From Catajapyx aquilonaris (taxonomy: Eukaryota): a stretch of DNA of 64,000 nucleotides. The position numbers and the translations under genes were made by a program. Below the pieces are notes generated by a model, which did no database searches, was not told the origin of the DNA, and saw only the letters and a list, made by a program, of their open reading frames with translations. Shown here piece after piece: positions 61,603 through 64,000 of the stretch. The stretch is taken from positions 1-64,000 of the forward strand of contig KZ538108.1 in assembly GCA_000934665.2 (NCBI GenBank), given 5' to 3'. Positions within the stretch are counted from its first letter, which is position 1; each line of letters starts with the position of its first letter.

Positions 61603-64000
61603 GTCAGCATATTTATCGCTTGTTCACCCTTAACTCTCCTGACGATGCATAAATGTGGGAGGTGGGGCCTGGCTGGAGTGTGCCAGGCTTTCTTGGTGAT
61701 TACCCCTGGGTAACATTTGCAATTGGTGGCGTGTGTGCTCCTGAATCTCCAGCTACTGGAATACCTTAACTTGCCCATTTAATAAGTGATTAGCACTGTG
61801 AGGCATGTAGCATGAACATTTGTGAAGGATAGGTAGATGCAGGATCAGCGTCATTTCCCATTCTTTGTGGTTGAACAATTCATGAACCTGGCGTCATCAG
61901 GAATTTATGAGCACCACTTATCTCTTCATCGTAATGATTCCACAAGGTGCCCTGGGCAGGTTACTCGTAGCGGAATTAGTGGTTCCCAAGGTCTAGAACT
62001 GCCAGGTGCCGGGGATTCCAGATTTCCAATTATTTCGTCTCCATGTGAGACGTGAAAACTTGATCAGTATTGGTTTCCAGGAGTGGCAATTAGCAGAGTT
62101 ATAAACTTTCCAGGAAGGTAACAGAATATATCCTGCCAAGTATTGATCCCCAGGCATGTCTGCGTTTAATTCTGCAGGAGCTTGTTGTGCTGTAGACATG
62201 AAGGCGTGTGGAATGTTACATATTACTGGTGGAGGGGGAATGAGGTTGCTTTTCAATTGATTAGTGGACCCTTCCAAATACCAGGCATGTCATAAATATC
62301 CAGATTCATGCAATTTTAATTTTGGAACATTTATATCTTACCTGGGAAGTGGAGTGAGTGCTCTGGTCTTTTTAATATTTTACAAAGCAGCGGCATCTCA
62401 AAATTAGAGTGCTTTATGTGGCTGGTACATGTTGCTTTCATTGCATGTCTCTAGACTATTCATTGCATTGTACTGTTTACAACTTTAAAGGACATGCATT
62501 GTAGCACTCAATCAACACCTGAAATGCAATTAGCACTCTTCTTAGAATCTCCATTGCCAATGTCTCTTGGACTCAAGCTTAAGCCGCAGGTCCATTGAAT
62601 GGGAGAAGTCTTGTGCATTTGAATCCAGTTTACTTTTGTTCCTTTCTTGCTTTTACAATTGCGAGCGGAAGCATGTTTAAATTGAAATGGTTTAAAGCAA
62701 TGTTCCGCAAGCAACATTAATTTTGATTCCCTCAGCGTGATGGAAGCTCGGCCGTGTTGTATGTAAAAATGGGAATCTCCTGCATCTGGTAATGAGTGTA
62801 AGTTGAGACTTGGACCAGGGAAGAATGGGTTTGTGGGGCACTGGGATAATGGAGGTGGAATGGGATCCTCCCCACTTGTTACGTCACAGGGTGGCCCTGG
62901 CATGGGGCGAAGGGGGGAGGAGGGCATGGATGGCGGAGGGTGGTGTGTGTGCAGACTATAAGGTGCTGTGGTAGGAAAAGGCAAGGCTCAAAAGCAAGGA
63001 CTGCCTTTTGGGTGGAGCCCTCCCCAGCAGTGCCATGCAATATTGATGCAAAAAGTGGCCAACCCCGTGGCATAGTGTCTGCCGCTCCAGTTAGTCCCTG
63101 CTTGGCAGTTGAGCAGACATGCTGGACTGGGGAATCAGACGTACGTATAAACATGTGTTCTCTTGCATGTTTGTCATGTGGGTGGGCACCCTGTCACTCC
63201 GGGGTCGTATTGACACAGCCGGCTCAGCGGGACACATTGATTGTCATCGCAGGTGGACAATGCCCGTCACATGCATTCTGGTGCTGAGGAGACTGGAAGC
63301 TAAAGGAGTTGTGGGGCTCGATTAATGTGCACGGAGGGAGGATAATTATCTTGTGGGTGGAAGCGGGAAGAGCCCCTTTTGAACTGCAATCATGCCACTT
63401 TGTTGGATTGGCCTGTTCAATTACTCGCCTGCGAAGAAGCAAGTAATTATAAAAGAGGAGGCTTGCTGGGCGTGGATCCTCGCATGCAACCGCGCTTCAT
63501 TAGGCACGACCATGCATCTGCATTTGTCCGCCCAATGTACGCACTCTGTACATATGAGCTGCAAGGAATTGTCACCTGAAATTCGCTGTAGGCAGTGAGA
63601 GACGCCAAACTCCAGCAGTTGGTGGTGTTAAATAACCGAGGCAATTGCGGAAGTGATTGTTCCCCTGCCGAGGGACTGGAATTGTCCTTGGTAATGAACC
63701 AGAAGCCGTATATACACGAATCGGACCAATTTCGCAACCTCCACTCTTGTCGTCTAATTGGCTGTAGAGGGACTGGAAGGGGGGTGCCCTTCACCTTGTC
63801 AATGGACACGACTTTGTCCTCCAGTTATTTTTCATTCCACCGTCCGGATAATGTTTACGTAAGAGGCGCTCTGAAAGGTACGGGTGTTTACACAGCTGCC
63901 TGGACAATAGGTGCTTCAAGTTGGGTACGCCGATTATTATCGAGTCCCTTTGGGCGTGTGCCCCCCATGGGACGGAAGACATATCGGACGTCCATAACAA

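Noticed and set aside
63592..63625. Possible next afadin exon
   Set aside because: Weak splice sites and no resemblance to the expected afadin continuation.

Overview
Gene-dense eukaryotic DNA with many 50-120 nt spliceosomal introns. Three RR-2 (Rebers-Riddiford) cuticle genes indicate an arthropod. Exons were assembled by hand from splice sites and reading-frame continuity; family calls come from recalled motifs, not database searches. In order: TENT5/FAM46 (-, runs off the left edge); a SOL-1-like 4xCUB+LDLa+TM gene (+, with a required GC-AG intron); an orphan 131-aa helical protein (-); three RR-2 cuticle genes (-) with a secreted His-rich gene (+) among them; NACHO/TMEM35 (+); VTA1 (-); LANCL3 (+); a FLASH/CASP8AP2-like gene (-); and the 5' part of afadin/canoe (+, runs off the right edge). 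Non-coding DNA holds several families of short fold-back (MITE-like) elements, many inside introns. The best leads are the orphan gene with SYCE3-like spacing, the compact FLASH ending in an ARS2-binding-type EEGEI motif, and one hairpin family in three introns of the same gene. No rRNA, tRNA, CRISPR array or autonomous transposon was recognised, and I cannot claim a proven new system.
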